Assembly: GCA_965223295.1 (NCBI GenBank)
Contig: CBDCWC010000002.1
Location: 1,312,001-1,376,000 of the forward strand
From: Nitrospirales bacterium
Lineage (GTDB): Bacteria > Nitrospirota > Nitrospiria > Nitrospirales > UBA8639
Direction: 5' to 3'
DNA length: 64,000 nucleotides
Shown: positions 41,831 through 52,486 of the stretch, piece by piece
Layout: every line of letters begins with the position of its first letter
How positions within the stretch are numbered: position 1 is the stretch's first letter
Translations under genes and position numbers: made by a program
Notes under the pieces: model-generated
Database searches by the model: none
What the model saw: only the letters and a program-made list of their open reading frames with translations
What the model was told of the DNA's origin: nothing

Positions 41831-43306
41831 CTAACTTGTGCGCTTGGGCAAGAAAATCCATCGCAGGACTTCACCAAATTCTTCAACTTGCTTGCCTCCC
41901 TGAATGAGCAAAAATCCACAATAGGTTAGTCCTCCAATTCCTGAAGCCAACAACAATCGAACGATTGAATGAGAGCCTTCAGCTGGAAGCAGATAGGTTT
42001 GTGCAGCCAGAACCACAAGCACCATTAAAAAAGTCGCAGTCACAGCGCTACGAATTTGCAGCCAAAATTCCAGAAACGTCATTGACATTTCTTTCAACAC
42101 CTCTCTCACCAGCCACAGCAATACAATAGGATAAACCACAACCCAGGCAAGAACAACGCCCATGCCCTCATACCATAGGGCACCTACCCAAAATGCTGCT
42201 GACATAATAATTAACAGAAAGGCCGTGTAGCAAAGTAAAAAACGATGGCGATAGGAGGCCAACAGGACTGGCGGCAATAACACATCAATAGACTTCAGGG
42301 AACCATACACACAAAATATTTGTAGCATGGGAACGATCGGGAGCCATTTCTCTGTCAAAAAAGCCACCACAGCATCATGCGCAACCAATGCAACTCCCAC
42401 ACACACAGGGAAAAAGCAACATGACACGATCCTGAGGGCTCTCATAAATGATTCCCGCATCGCCTCTCGGTCATCCTGCAACTCCGCCATAACTGGGAAC
42501 GCGAGGGAATTGACGACGACCGAGCCGCGCACGACAGGCAACAATGCGAGTTCTTTTGCATAGGAATAGAAGCCTAACGTCGCTTCACTTGTCAGCTTTC
42601 CCAACACGATGACATCAACTTGATTATACACAGTCCAACAAAACCGCATCCCGAGGGTCGAAAGACTATACTGAATAATCTTTGCTAATCGTGCCGTTCC
42701 AATACAAAAGCCCGGACGCCAGGGCTCAATTTTATATAAGCCAATATTGACCACCACGTGATGAATGAGGGTTGCACTAATCAGCGCCCACACACCAGCC
42801 CCATTCGCAGCAAATGATATAACGATGATCACAGACGTTAACGCTGCCAACAATTGAATCTTCGCAAGCTTATCAAACTCAAGTCGCTGCCTCAGCAAAC
42901 TATCAGGAACGATAACCAGAGAAATAAGCGGCAAGCCTAGCCCTGCAACACGTAACAGATCAGAAAGCAGGGGATTATCAAACCATTCCGCAATAAAGGG
43001 CGCGAACAGAAACAATACAAGATATCCACTTCCACCGATAAGCGCCATGAGCCAAAAACAGGCGTTTAACTCTTCTTTGGCCAAGTCTCGAAATTGAATA
43101 ATCGCAGCCCCCAACCCCATTTCCGCGATCATTCCCATCGTTGTGGTCCAGACACTCACCAATGCCATCAGACCATAATCACTTGGCTCCAACCATAAGC
43201 GAGCCACAAGAATCGTGGAAATACCGGAAAGCAATTGCACGCCACCGCGCGACCACACGATCCAAAATACGGATTTCGCGATTCGATCTTTAATCGAAAC
43301 CTTCAA
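41831..43306 (-). CDS. wzx: Polysaccharide flippase (Wzx/PST family)
   Basis: LARLWLEPSDYGL, GLGAAIIQ, GAGVWAL, LGFYSYA; about 12+ TM helices. Confidence 0.88.
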   Translation of the reverse strand: MKVSIKDRIAKSVFWIVWSRGGVQLLSGISTILVARLWLEPSDYGLMALVSVWTTTMGMIAEMGLGAAIIQFRDLAKEELNACFWLMALIGGSGYLVLFLFAPFIAEWFDNPLLSDLLRVAGLGLPLISLVIVPDSLLRQRLEFDKLAKIQLLAALTSVIIVISFAANGAGVWALISATLIHHVVVNIGLYKIEPWRPGFCIGTARLAKIIQYSLSTLGMRFCWTVYNQVDVIVLGKLTSEATLGFYSYAKELALLPVVRGSVVVNSLAFPVMAELQDDREAMRESFMRALRIVSCCFFPVCVGVALVAHDAVVAFLTEKWLPIVPMLQIFCVYGSLKSIDVLLPPVLLASYRHRFLLCYTAFLLIIMSAAFWVGALWYEGMGVVLAWVVVYPIVLLWLVREVLKEMSMTFLEFWLQIRSAVTATFLMVLVVLAAQTYLLPAEGSHSIVRLLLASGIGGLTYCGFLLIQGGKQVEEFGEVLRWIFLPKRTS

Positions 43307-43592
43307 AACAACTGCCTCCGGCTAGTTCTTCTGTGTTAAAAATATGCAATAACGTATTCGCCAACGTATATCCCTCATGCTCCTTTACAATTCTGCACTC
43401 ATTGTTGCTTACAACAACGGAAAGACGGGCTTTATCCGGTTTGTAAGGAGAAGAAGAGATAAATTAGGCAAAAAACATAAGATGTTGTTACAAGAAACTG
43501 TGAGAACCTGCCACTTCGGAAATAGACAAACTCAAAGAACCGCGACTTTGGCCCTCATCTTAGCCATAGCATTATTCTTATGTTTCGGACCT

Positions 43593-44621
43593 TTAGGGGA
43601 GATACTTGATAATCTGAGGACCAATAACATTGGCAACAGGAAGGGGCAATTTCTTCCAGGCTGAAATGAATGGCTGAAATTTTGGATTCGTCGGACTGAT
43701 ATTTGGAATCGCCCCTCCACCAGGAAGATAATATTGGTAATGAAGAGGTTTTGGCTCAAACCCCCAATGGCGTTTAAAGTCATAGGCTCCCGTGCCTTCC
43801 TTACTTCGGCCAAAATCAAACACCTTATAGCCATGCTCCCAACCAAACCGCATAAGTTCCCAATACATAAAGTCGTATACGGCATACCGAAGGAATTCGG
43901 GAAGGCCACCACCATAATACGGCAACAGTTGATCCTGATAACAAAACGTCATAACCCCAGCAGCCATTTGATTTTGGTGCCAGACGGTTAAAATTTTGCA
44001 CTTGTCTCCGAGCTCATCAAGCAATATTTCAAAATAACGATAGGGGAAAGCTGGCGTACCAAGATTCCTCAAACTTGTGGAATAGATGTCGTAAAATTCT
44101 TTAAGAAATTCCTTGCCTCCTATTTTCGCTTCCAATTGATGATTGATTCCTTGTCGAACCATACGACGCTGCTTTCTGGGAATTGCTTTCATATTTTTTT
44201 CTTCTCCATCATAGATTTCTCGGGAAAACGTGTAGTAGAGATCTTTGACAGGAAGATCCAACTCCAGCATGTCCACATGCCGGAGTTCGAGAAAATCAAC
44301 GCCTAATTCTTGGGAAAGACTTTCTCCTTTCCTTTTGAGCAGTTGCGCTGCTTCAGAAGAATCCGCACAAATTCCACCATAGACACCAAATGGGACTGAA
44401 ATAAGCACCTTTCCTCGAAAAGGTTTATTCACTAAAAATAACGGAAGGACTCCCTTAACATCTCCTTCACTTTCAGCAAGGAAATACCATGGTGCATATC
44501 CAAAACATTTTTCAATGACTGTCTTCCAAGCTATCGTGTGAAAAAAGGAACCTGATCGTGACAAGCAGACAAAATCATCCCAGGATTGTTGGCTGGCAGG
44601 ACTGTACGGCTTTACTTCCAT
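43593..44621 (-). CDS. FemAB-related protein, PEP-CTERM/XrtA system-associated type
   Basis: SFFHTIAW, GVLPL, SVPFGVYGG, PRKQRRMVR, RNLGTP, FDFGRSK, SPTNPKF, IGPQI. Confidence 0.88.
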   Translation of the reverse strand: MEVKPYSPASQQSWDDFVCLSRSGSFFHTIAWKTVIEKCFGYAPWYFLAESEGDVKGVLPLFLVNKPFRGKVLISVPFGVYGGICADSSEAAQLLKRKGESLSQELGVDFLELRHVDMLELDLPVKDLYYTFSREIYDGEEKNMKAIPRKQRRMVRQGINHQLEAKIGGKEFLKEFYDIYSTSLRNLGTPAFPYRYFEILLDELGDKCKILTVWHQNQMAAGVMTFCYQDQLLPYYGGGLPEFLRYAVYDFMYWELMRFGWEHGYKVFDFGRSKEGTGAYDFKRHWGFEPKPLHYQYYLPGGGAIPNISPTNPKFQPFISAWKKLPLPVANVIGPQIIKYLP

Positions 44622-44682
44622 CTATTCAGGCCACTTTCATGATATCGTTGAGCCTTCACAACTCAATGCCTGGAGAAACGAG

Positions 44683-45696
44683 TTACCGAAGAAACTTTCG
44701 GATAGTGTAGTCCTTCACTTTACGGGCATGAGTAAAAATAATAATCTCCCCCAGCAATCCAATCGAGCCGACTTGCACCCCTAACACCATTAACAAGACA
44801 CCTAAGATCAATAACGGCCGATCAGCTAGCGCGGTCATACCAAAAATCTTTTCCACGGCGAGTAGAAAAGAAACAAAAAACCCAGAAGCAAATAGTCCGC
44901 TTCCGATCAATCCAAAAAAACGTAAAGGCTTTTTGGTAAATTTAAAAAGAAACACAACCGTCAGTAAATCGAGCACACGCCTCAGATAGACACCCGGGCG
45001 ATAGACGCGATAGTCACCATCTGCTGGGTGTTGAGGAATGTCAACCTCTGCAATACGAAACCCTTTTTGACGCGCCAGTAGTGGAAGAAATCGGTGAAGA
45101 TCTCCATACAGATGTACTTCTTTCGTGACAATCTGTCGCATGCCACGAAGACCAGACCCAAGATCATGACATTCTATGCCCGTCAACCATGTGGAGAGAA
45201 AATTAAATAATCGCGTTTGCAATTGGCCCACCCAGGAATCGACTCTGGGAAACCGCCGGGTGACGACCACATCATATCCCTCATTCAATCGACCCAGCAC
45301 ACGTTCAATACCTTCAGGAACCGTTTGAAAATATGCCGGTAAAGTCACAATAAGTTCGCCATCCGCCCGCTCAAACCCCACAACCAAAGCCGTCGACTCC
45401 CCAAATGAATAGGGTAAGGAAATAATTTTAACAAGATTATTGTTGTGTTGGAGTTTTTCCAAAGATTCCACAATTGCCCCATCTCCTCCATCAACGACAA
45501 AAATACATTCAAAGACTATGGCTGTTTTAGCAAGTATGGTTGAGTAGGCATGGTACACGGCTTCGACATTTTGTGAACGTTCGACGACAGGCACAACAAG
45601 GGAAAGGGATGGCCTAGGCGACAATAAAGACTCTGAAGGGGCATGAGCAGAATCAGGGCTAGATGGCTTCATTGAAATCATTGACATAGTGCTCAA
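44683..45696 (-). CDS. ArnC/GtrB-like GT2 with degenerate DxD motif
   Basis: FGESTAL..GF, LYGDLHRFLP, KPLRFFG, two C-terminal TMs; TLPAYFQ in place of MDxDLQ. Confidence 0.8.
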   Translation of the reverse strand: MSTMSMISMKPSSPDSAHAPSESLLSPRPSLSLVVPVVERSQNVEAVYHAYSTILAKTAIVFECIFVVDGGDGAIVESLEKLQHNNNLVKIISLPYSFGESTALVVGFERADGELIVTLPAYFQTVPEGIERVLGRLNEGYDVVVTRRFPRVDSWVGQLQTRLFNFLSTWLTGIECHDLGSGLRGMRQIVTKEVHLYGDLHRFLPLLARQKGFRIAEVDIPQHPADGDYRVYRPGVYLRRVLDLLTVVFLFKFTKKPLRFFGLIGSGLFASGFFVSFLLAVEKIFGMTALADRPLLILGVLLMVLGVQVGSIGLLGEIIIFTHARKVKDYTIRKFLR

Positions 45697-45767
45697 TCAA
45701 CTTCCATGACATCTTCACGTTGATCGTATCGCTCACATTCTTACATTGAAAAGAAACAGATAGACAA

Positions 45768-46733
45768 TCAAGCTCTCTTTTGGATGGACACCAATTTACT
45801 CACAGCCATTGCCGGATAGTAATCACCGGTTGCCAAGAGCATTTCTCCTAGCACCCCTAACGCAACCATATGCCCAGTGAGCGCTAAGAACATAAATGCC
45901 ACAGACGGAAGAATAATCCCCGAAATATCATTAGCCAAATAGACCACAAAACAACCCATTCCGATTAAACCTGCCAACATCCCAAATTGCCCAAACCAAA
46001 GACTTGGCCGAGAAGAACACCGAACAATCAAATGGATGACAAAAAGATCTAAACACACACGCCAAGCACGGGAAATACCATACTTGCTTTCTCCAAATTT
46101 TCTAGAATGATGAGTCACGACAACTTCGGCAACCTTCGCTCCACCCAACGTGGACATGGCAGGAATAAATCGGTGAAAATCAGCATATAAAGGAAGATGC
46201 TTGACGACAGATCGACGATAGGCTTTCAGTGAACATCCATTATCATGAATGGGCACACCGGTAATTTTACCAATGAGCCAATTCGCAATCATCGAAGGAA
46301 TTTTTCGGGAAATTAACCGATCTTTCCGATCTTGCCGCCAGCCACACACAACTTCATATCCCTCCCCCAACTTCTTCAGCAACAATGGAATATCCTTAGG
46401 ATCATTTTGCAAATCTCCATCCATACTTACCACATACTGACCTCGAGCAGCGCGAAATCCTGCAGCCATTGCTGCAGTCTGGCCATAATTCTTTCGAAAC
46501 TCAACAACTCGGACATAGGCATGTTCTTCGTGAAGTTGAGCTAAGACTTGAGGAGTGGTATCAGAGCTTCCATCATCAATAAAGATGATTTCAAAGGGTT
46601 GTCCATATGCGTGACAAGCTGAAGCAATCGCTTCAAAAAGCACAGGCAGGCTCTCTTCTTCGTTAAATATGGGAACAACAATAGAAAGAATTGGTGGGAC
46701 TTTCACGGATACATTACTTCCTGCACGCTTCAT
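45768..46733 (-). CDS. ArnC/GtrB-like polyprenol-phosphate glycosyltransferase (GT2)
   Basis: VVPIFNEE, IDDGSSD, NYGQTAA, MDGDLQNDP, HDNGCSLKAY, HRFIP, two C-terminal TMs. Confidence 0.9.
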   Translation of the reverse strand: MKRAGSNVSVKVPPILSIVVPIFNEEESLPVLFEAIASACHAYGQPFEIIFIDDGSSDTTPQVLAQLHEEHAYVRVVEFRKNYGQTAAMAAGFRAARGQYVVSMDGDLQNDPKDIPLLLKKLGEGYEVVCGWRQDRKDRLISRKIPSMIANWLIGKITGVPIHDNGCSLKAYRRSVVKHLPLYADFHRFIPAMSTLGGAKVAEVVVTHHSRKFGESKYGISRAWRVCLDLFVIHLIVRCSSRPSLWFGQFGMLAGLIGMGCFVVYLANDISGIILPSVAFMFLALTGHMVALGVLGEMLLATGDYYPAMAVSKLVSIQKRA

Positions 46734-46825
46734 AGAGGAGTGAAATATAGCATGGGCTCAAAAAAAATACACACCCGTATTCTAAAGGTCACAGACTAAG
46801 GGCCCAGCAGTTGAGCACCTATTAC

Positions 46826-48079
46826 TCAAGCAACACGACCTAACATTTTTTGGTAGATAGGAACATACCGTTTCACGATATGTTCCCAAGAATGTTCTTT
46901 GGTGACCCATGACTTTCCTTGTGTCACTAATTTTTGAACGCGACCAGGATCTTGTAACAATTCTTCTAGCTTGGAAGCTAAAGATTGAGCGTTTCCAGCT
47001 TGAAATAACACTCCTGTCTTTTCGGATTGAATAAGCTCACGATGCCCTCCAATATCACTCGCGATAACTGGTTTTTCCATAGCCATGGCCTCTAAAGGTT
47101 TTAGCGGAGTGACCAGTTCAGTCAGACGAATCGAATTTCTGGGATACACGAGAAAATTGAATAGGCCATACACACCAGGAATCTGTTCATGAGGAATTCG
47201 CCCAGGGAAGACAACATGTGGAACCAACGATAAGCGACGAACCTGCGCCTTTAACTCTTCCTCGACTTCACCTCCCCCAACCAAGAGAAGCACCAAATTT
47301 TTGTTCTTTTTGATAAGTGTGGCAAAGGCTTCAACTAAAAGATCTAAGCCTTCGTAGCGGTAAAAAGACCCGACAAACCCGATGACAGATTTGCCCTCCA
47401 AACCCCAGGCATGGCGAAATTTTTCATCACCAGGGCATGCCTGAAAGTCCGCCGCATGAATACCATTCGGTATGATCGCAATATGATCTTCTGGAATGTT
47501 TCGCTTTTGCAAATCCTGCTTAATCCCATGACACAGAACAGCCAAATGATTCACTCTTCGACATACCCAGGTTTCCAGCGCACGCACCAGACGATATTTC
47601 CAGGATTGTTCCCCATAGGTCCCATGATCAACAGCCGCATCCTCCCAAAACGCTCGAATTTCATAAACAACAGGAATTCGGAATTTTTTTCCTAACACTA
47701 ACGCCGGCAATACATTCAAAGCTGGAGAATGTACGTGCAAGATGTCAGGCTGTTCCTGAGCAATCACCCGTTTTAAGCTGCGAAATAATTTTGTCACTAC
47801 TTGCACTTGACTGGTATATCCCCCTATCTCTTGAGGATTAAATTCAGACCGATAAAATTGAATGCCTTCGATCGTCTGATCAGAACAGGACATCCAATCG
47901 TCCTTCAGACCCATCTGATGTTTCGTAGAAGTAAGCGCACAGGGATACCATCCAAGATACTGTTGCGATTTCAGAATATTCTGGGATCTAAACGCATACC
48001 CACTATGTAAGGGCAAACTATGATCTAAGACATGAATCACCCGAGGGGCAAATACATCATTACCCACGAACTCGCTCAC
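46826..48079 (-). CDS. GT4 glycosyltransferase, PEP-CTERM/XrtA-associated (TIGR04063-like)
   Basis: HVLDHSLPLHSGY, YEIRAFWEDAAVDHG, GSFYRYEGLD, RLTELVTPLKPLEAMA. Confidence 0.9.
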   Translation of the reverse strand: MSEFVGNDVFAPRVIHVLDHSLPLHSGYAFRSQNILKSQQYLGWYPCALTSTKHQMGLKDDWMSCSDQTIEGIQFYRSEFNPQEIGGYTSQVQVVTKLFRSLKRVIAQEQPDILHVHSPALNVLPALVLGKKFRIPVVYEIRAFWEDAAVDHGTYGEQSWKYRLVRALETWVCRRVNHLAVLCHGIKQDLQKRNIPEDHIAIIPNGIHAADFQACPGDEKFRHAWGLEGKSVIGFVGSFYRYEGLDLLVEAFATLIKKNKNLVLLLVGGGEVEEELKAQVRRLSLVPHVVFPGRIPHEQIPGVYGLFNFLVYPRNSIRLTELVTPLKPLEAMAMEKPVIASDIGGHRELIQSEKTGVLFQAGNAQSLASKLEELLQDPGRVQKLVTQGKSWVTKEHSWEHIVKRYVPIYQKMLGRVA

Positions 48080-49322
48080 TTAAAATTTTGACGATGCGCG
48101 CTCCGGCTTTGCCATCCCAATACCGAGGCTTGACTCGTTTGGGCTTGGCTTGCAATTGCTCCTGAGCATGACGAATAATTGACTGAGTCTTCACTCCAGC
48201 TAACACATTCGTGCCTTGTGTCACAGTAATTGGCCGTTCAGTATTCTCTCGAATGGTCACACAGGGCACACCAAGAATAGTTGTCTCCTCCTGTATTCCC
48301 CCTGAATCCGTCAAGACCAGCCGTGCATGTGCAGTCAGACAAAGAAAATCAAGATAACTCAGCGGATCAACACAATACAGCCCGGCCCCTCCTACCTTAA
48401 CACCGGATTGGGTCTTACCTAAGGCATTCGCAAAATACCGTTGGAATCCAAAATCAATCAATCGCGTCCGGGTACGTGGGTGAGTGGGGAAGACAACAGG
48501 AAGTTCTTTGCTAATAACCTTCAACGCATTAAGTATGGGTTTTAAGACCTTCGGGTCATCCACGTTACTGGGGCGATGCAACGTTAAGACGGCATACGGC
48601 CGAATCGACGGCAGGCGAACCTTCCTTTTTGAAGGAGACCCATTGCTTAAAACCCTTCCCAACTCGACCTGCAAACCTAAGGTCTGAAGAACGGTAGACT
48701 GCATGGCCTTTTCACGGTGTTTTAACAAGGTATCGACCATTGTGTTTCCAACAAAGAATATTTTTTTTGAGGCTATCCCCTCGTTACGCAGATGTTGTTT
48801 TGCCGTCTCTTCTGTTGTGAACAGCATATCGGACAGCGCATCAGTCAGCACCCGATTCACTTCTTCGGGCATCCCCCAATCAAAACTTCGCAGTCCAGCT
48901 TCTACATGCGCAATCAAAGGCCGCACAGCTCCTTTTTGGCTCGAAGACTGAGGATAGACAATTTTTGACGCTACAAGCGCACAAGCAATCGTGGAGTTCA
49001 CATCGCCCACCACCAAGACAATATTAGGCTGTGTTTTTAATAGCACGGGTTCTATACGCCGCATAATTTCTGCGGTTTGCTGAGCATGCGACCCCGACCC
49101 CACTTCCAAATCCACGTTCGGTTTGGGCATACCAAGATCTCGAAAAAATGACTGTGACATTTGCTGATCATAATGTTGTCCCGTATGGACCAACTTATAC
49201 CCAATGGGGCGGGAATGACTTTTATTATACTGCTTCAATGCATCAATAATAGCCGATATTTTCATAAAATTTGGGCGTGCCCCCGCCACTAACAATATTG
49301 AAAAACGCTTCGACGCTCTCAT
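48060..49322 (-). CDS. wecB: UDP-N-acetylglucosamine 2-epimerase (non-hydrolysing)
   Basis: GARPNFMK, HTGQHYD, HVEAGLRS, MPEEVNR, HRPSNVD, TDSGGIQEE, RENTERP; start 49322 or 49370. Confidence 0.93.
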   Translation of the reverse strand: MRASKRFSILLVAGARPNFMKISAIIDALKQYNKSHSRPIGYKLVHTGQHYDQQMSQSFFRDLGMPKPNVDLEVGSGSHAQQTAEIMRRIEPVLLKTQPNIVLVVGDVNSTIACALVASKIVYPQSSSQKGAVRPLIAHVEAGLRSFDWGMPEEVNRVLTDALSDMLFTTEETAKQHLRNEGIASKKIFFVGNTMVDTLLKHREKAMQSTVLQTLGLQVELGRVLSNGSPSKRKVRLPSIRPYAVLTLHRPSNVDDPKVLKPILNALKVISKELPVVFPTHPRTRTRLIDFGFQRYFANALGKTQSGVKVGGAGLYCVDPLSYLDFLCLTAHARLVLTDSGGIQEETTILGVPCVTIRENTERPITVTQGTNVLAGVKTQSIIRHAQEQLQAKPKRVKPRYWDGKAGARIVKILSERVRG

Positions 49323-49341
49323 AGGTTCTTGATCCCCTTCA

Positions 49342-50568
49342 TCATGATCCAGAGGGAAATGGCACTTCATTTCCCATTTTTTGAATAGGTACGACCGATT
49401 GAAACACTTCTTTCACCGCATCAGCGGTTTGACTCCATCGAAATTGCTGCGCATGCGTTAAGATGTCAGATTTCGACCATGGATGTTCCAAGCTGGCCTT
49501 CAAAGCCTGGGCAACCTGGTCAGGTCTTCGTGGCACCAAAGTTCCGACCTGTGAAGACGTGACAATTTCTGGGATGCCTCCTACAGAAGTGGCGATCACA
49601 GGCGTACCACAGGCTAAGGATTCCACAATGACATTGGGCCACCCTTCTCTCTCACTCAACAAACAACACACATTCGCCGCATTAAAATACCAGGCCAACT
49701 GTTCATGAGGCACAGCCCCACAAAACTTGACACGTGAGCCCAAGCCTAAAGATTGCGCGAGACCTTCCAGCCGCTCACGTTCGATACCATCGCCAACAAT
49801 ATATAATGACCACATCACGGATGCATTGGTTTTTGTTAGAAGGGCCAATGCCTCTAACAACACATCAAGACCTTTATTCTTTGTTAAATGACACACGGAC
49901 AACACCAGCAACCGGCTTTCTTCTATAAACCCAATTTTTTTCCTGGCCTCTTCTTGAGGAATTGGGAAAAATTTTTTCGGATCCACCCCATTCGGAATGA
50001 CATGAATCTTGTTTTCATCAACTCCTAGTTCCTTGGAGACTTGTTTAAGAGCATCGGACACCACAATGACTGAATCAGCCCGTCCAAGCACCCAGGCTAT
50101 CAATTGTCGAATCACCGGGAGATCTTTAAAAAGATTCACATCACTACCCCGAGCCGACACAACGACAGGAACACGAGTGACCCAGCTTAACAACACAGCC
50201 GCAAATCCATCAGGGTACACATAATGAGCATCGATAAGAACAAACGGGAAAGTCCGTTGAAGTACACGAATTTGCCAACACACAGACAAAAATAAACACA
50301 ATCCCTGCAGCCACATCCCAACTTTTGGAATCATGACATAGCGCGGGTGCCACACCTCCATACCTTCTCGGATCTCATGAGGAAGGACTTTCCGATACTT
50401 TGCACGCCAGCCTCCCAACCCAGGCGGGTAATAGGGAACTGGTGCCATCACCTTCACGTTCCATCTGTGGCGAGTCATATACTGTTGAACACGTTGTTGA
50501 ATAAAAATTCCATGATTGGGAGACTGGTCATTGGGAAACAAACTGGTAAACACAAGGACATTCATCAC
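49342..50568 (-). CDS. GT4 glycosyltransferase
   Basis: DAHYVYPDG, RGSDVN, IPNGVD, EGWPNVIVES. Confidence 0.9.
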   Translation of the reverse strand: MMNVLVFTSLFPNDQSPNHGIFIQQRVQQYMTRHRWNVKVMAPVPYYPPGLGGWRAKYRKVLPHEIREGMEVWHPRYVMIPKVGMWLQGLCLFLSVCWQIRVLQRTFPFVLIDAHYVYPDGFAAVLLSWVTRVPVVVSARGSDVNLFKDLPVIRQLIAWVLGRADSVIVVSDALKQVSKELGVDENKIHVIPNGVDPKKFFPIPQEEARKKIGFIEESRLLVLSVCHLTKNKGLDVLLEALALLTKTNASVMWSLYIVGDGIERERLEGLAQSLGLGSRVKFCGAVPHEQLAWYFNAANVCCLLSEREGWPNVIVESLACGTPVIATSVGGIPEIVTSSQVGTLVPRRPDQVAQALKASLEHPWSKSDILTHAQQFRWSQTADAVKEVFQSVVPIQKMGNEVPFPSGS

Positions 50569-50571
50569 AAA

Positions 50572-52467
50572 TCACTGACCGCCATCCATAGTCGCACCAA
50601 ATTCCTTTTGCCACATGCGAAACATCAAGACTGTCCATAGCTCAGTTGCTCGATTATGCAAACCGGACTGATGGTCACCCCAAAGCTTTGAAATCGTAGA
50701 CATATTCAAGATAGAGTCGCCAGAATTATCAAACAATACGCTATGGGCCATGTCCTTTAGTTCCACCCGAAACCATCGTTCCAAAGGAACAGCAAACCCC
50801 ATCTTTTTTCGATAGAGAATGTTGTGAGAAAGAAATGGAGAAAACGCTTTCTTTAAAATATCTTTCCCGCTCGTTCCCTTTAATTTCAATGAAGTAGGAA
50901 TTTTGGCGGCCAACTCCATAAATTGGCTATCCAGCATCGGCGCACGCACCTCTAGAGAATTGGCCATACTGGCTCGATCCACCTTCACCAAAATGTCATC
51001 CGTCATATACGTTTTCACATCTACATATTGAATACGTGCCATCGGATTCGCATCAATAGCTTTGTCGTAGTATGTTCGAAACACATCTGCAGTATCGTAA
51101 CCGCCTAACTCTTTCCAGATATCCGGATGTAACAACGTCTGTTTGATTTCAGGTGAGACAGCCGACACTGAACGAAAATATCCTTCGATATGCGACCGCG
51201 CTAAGTTTTGAAATGTCGCTTTACCCCGAAATATTCGTGGAGCCCAATCGGCTTTTGGATACAATGATGCCAATGTCCCGAAAAGCAAGGCACGCAACCC
51301 AGGAGGCAGAAGTCCACGAATTTGCTCCTCGCGATGATCGAACATATACCGCCGATACCCGCAAAAAAACTCGTCGCCCCCGTCACCCGACAACGCTACC
51401 GTCACATGTTCACGCGCTAGCTTGGAAACATAATAGGTCGGAACTGCCGAGGAGTCGGCAAACGGCTCATCATAAAACCACGCTAATTTTTCAGTAATCC
51501 CCACCGCATCAGGCTTGACGATTTCTTCAAAATGTCGAGTGTCATATTGCTGTGCGACTTCTCTGGCATATTCAACCTCATCAAATTCCTTTTCCTGAAA
51601 CCCAATGGACGTCGTGACCACTGGCTTACCGGTAATTTGACTCATCAACGCCACCACGGACGATGAATCGATCCCGCCTGATAAAAAAGCTCCTAATGGG
51701 ACTTCGCTGATTAATCGAGATTGAACCGCATTCCGAAGAACCTGAACAATCTGATCACACCACTGCTCTTCTGACTGCTGCTCCGGCTGCGAGAAATCAA
51801 TATCCCAGTATTCCCTTTCATGAAGACCCTGAGGAGAGACCACCACATAATGTCCAGGCCGCACCTTCCGAATACTTTTGAATATGGATTTAGGGGCAGG
51901 AACATACAGCAAGGAAAAATAATCCGATAGGCCTTCCAGATCGATTTCTCTCTTGAGACCAGGGACAAGGAGCAGAGATTTCATCTCTGAACCGAACGCT
52001 AATTGGTTCCCGTCAAAGTTATAAAAAAGAGGTTTTTTCCCTACACGATCTCTTGCCAAAATAACTGACCGCTTGGGACGATCCCAAATAGCCAACGCAA
52101 ACATGCCATGCAATGACTGAAAACATGCCTCCCCTTGTTCTTCATAGAGGTGAACAATCACTTCAGTATCTGAACGAGTTTTAAAAATATGCCCCTTCTT
52201 TACTAAAAAATGTCGCAATTCTTGAAAGTTATAGATTTCACCATTGAATGCAACCCATATCGATTGATCTTCATTACAAAGCGGTTGATGTCCGCCCTCC
52301 ACATCAATAATAGAAAGCCGGCGATGAGCTAAGCCCACAGGTCCATCAAAAAAGAATCCTTCATCATCTGGCCCCCTGTGCACCAGGGTATCCGCCATAT
52401 TTTTTAAGAGAGAACCTGAGACAGGCTCTCCAGAACCCACATTAAATAACCCACAAATCCCACACAT
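50572..52467 (-). CDS. asnB: Glutamine-hydrolysing asparagine synthase family amidotransferase (XrtA/PEP-CTERM type)
   Basis: MCGICG, HRGPD, HRRLSIID, NGEIYN, FLSGGIDSS, EPFADSS, KVDRASMANSLEVR. Confidence 0.9.
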   Translation of the reverse strand: MCGICGLFNVGSGEPVSGSLLKNMADTLVHRGPDDEGFFFDGPVGLAHRRLSIIDVEGGHQPLCNEDQSIWVAFNGEIYNFQELRHFLVKKGHIFKTRSDTEVIVHLYEEQGEACFQSLHGMFALAIWDRPKRSVILARDRVGKKPLFYNFDGNQLAFGSEMKSLLLVPGLKREIDLEGLSDYFSLLYVPAPKSIFKSIRKVRPGHYVVVSPQGLHEREYWDIDFSQPEQQSEEQWCDQIVQVLRNAVQSRLISEVPLGAFLSGGIDSSSVVALMSQITGKPVVTTSIGFQEKEFDEVEYAREVAQQYDTRHFEEIVKPDAVGITEKLAWFYDEPFADSSAVPTYYVSKLAREHVTVALSGDGGDEFFCGYRRYMFDHREEQIRGLLPPGLRALLFGTLASLYPKADWAPRIFRGKATFQNLARSHIEGYFRSVSAVSPEIKQTLLHPDIWKELGGYDTADVFRTYYDKAIDANPMARIQYVDVKTYMTDDILVKVDRASMANSLEVRAPMLDSQFMELAAKIPTSLKLKGTSGKDILKKAFSPFLSHNILYRKKMGFAVPLERWFRVELKDMAHSVLFDNSGDSILNMSTISKLWGDHQSGLHNRATELWTVLMFRMWQKEFGATMDGGQ

Positions 52468-52486
52468 CTTACTATTCCATTCTCAT

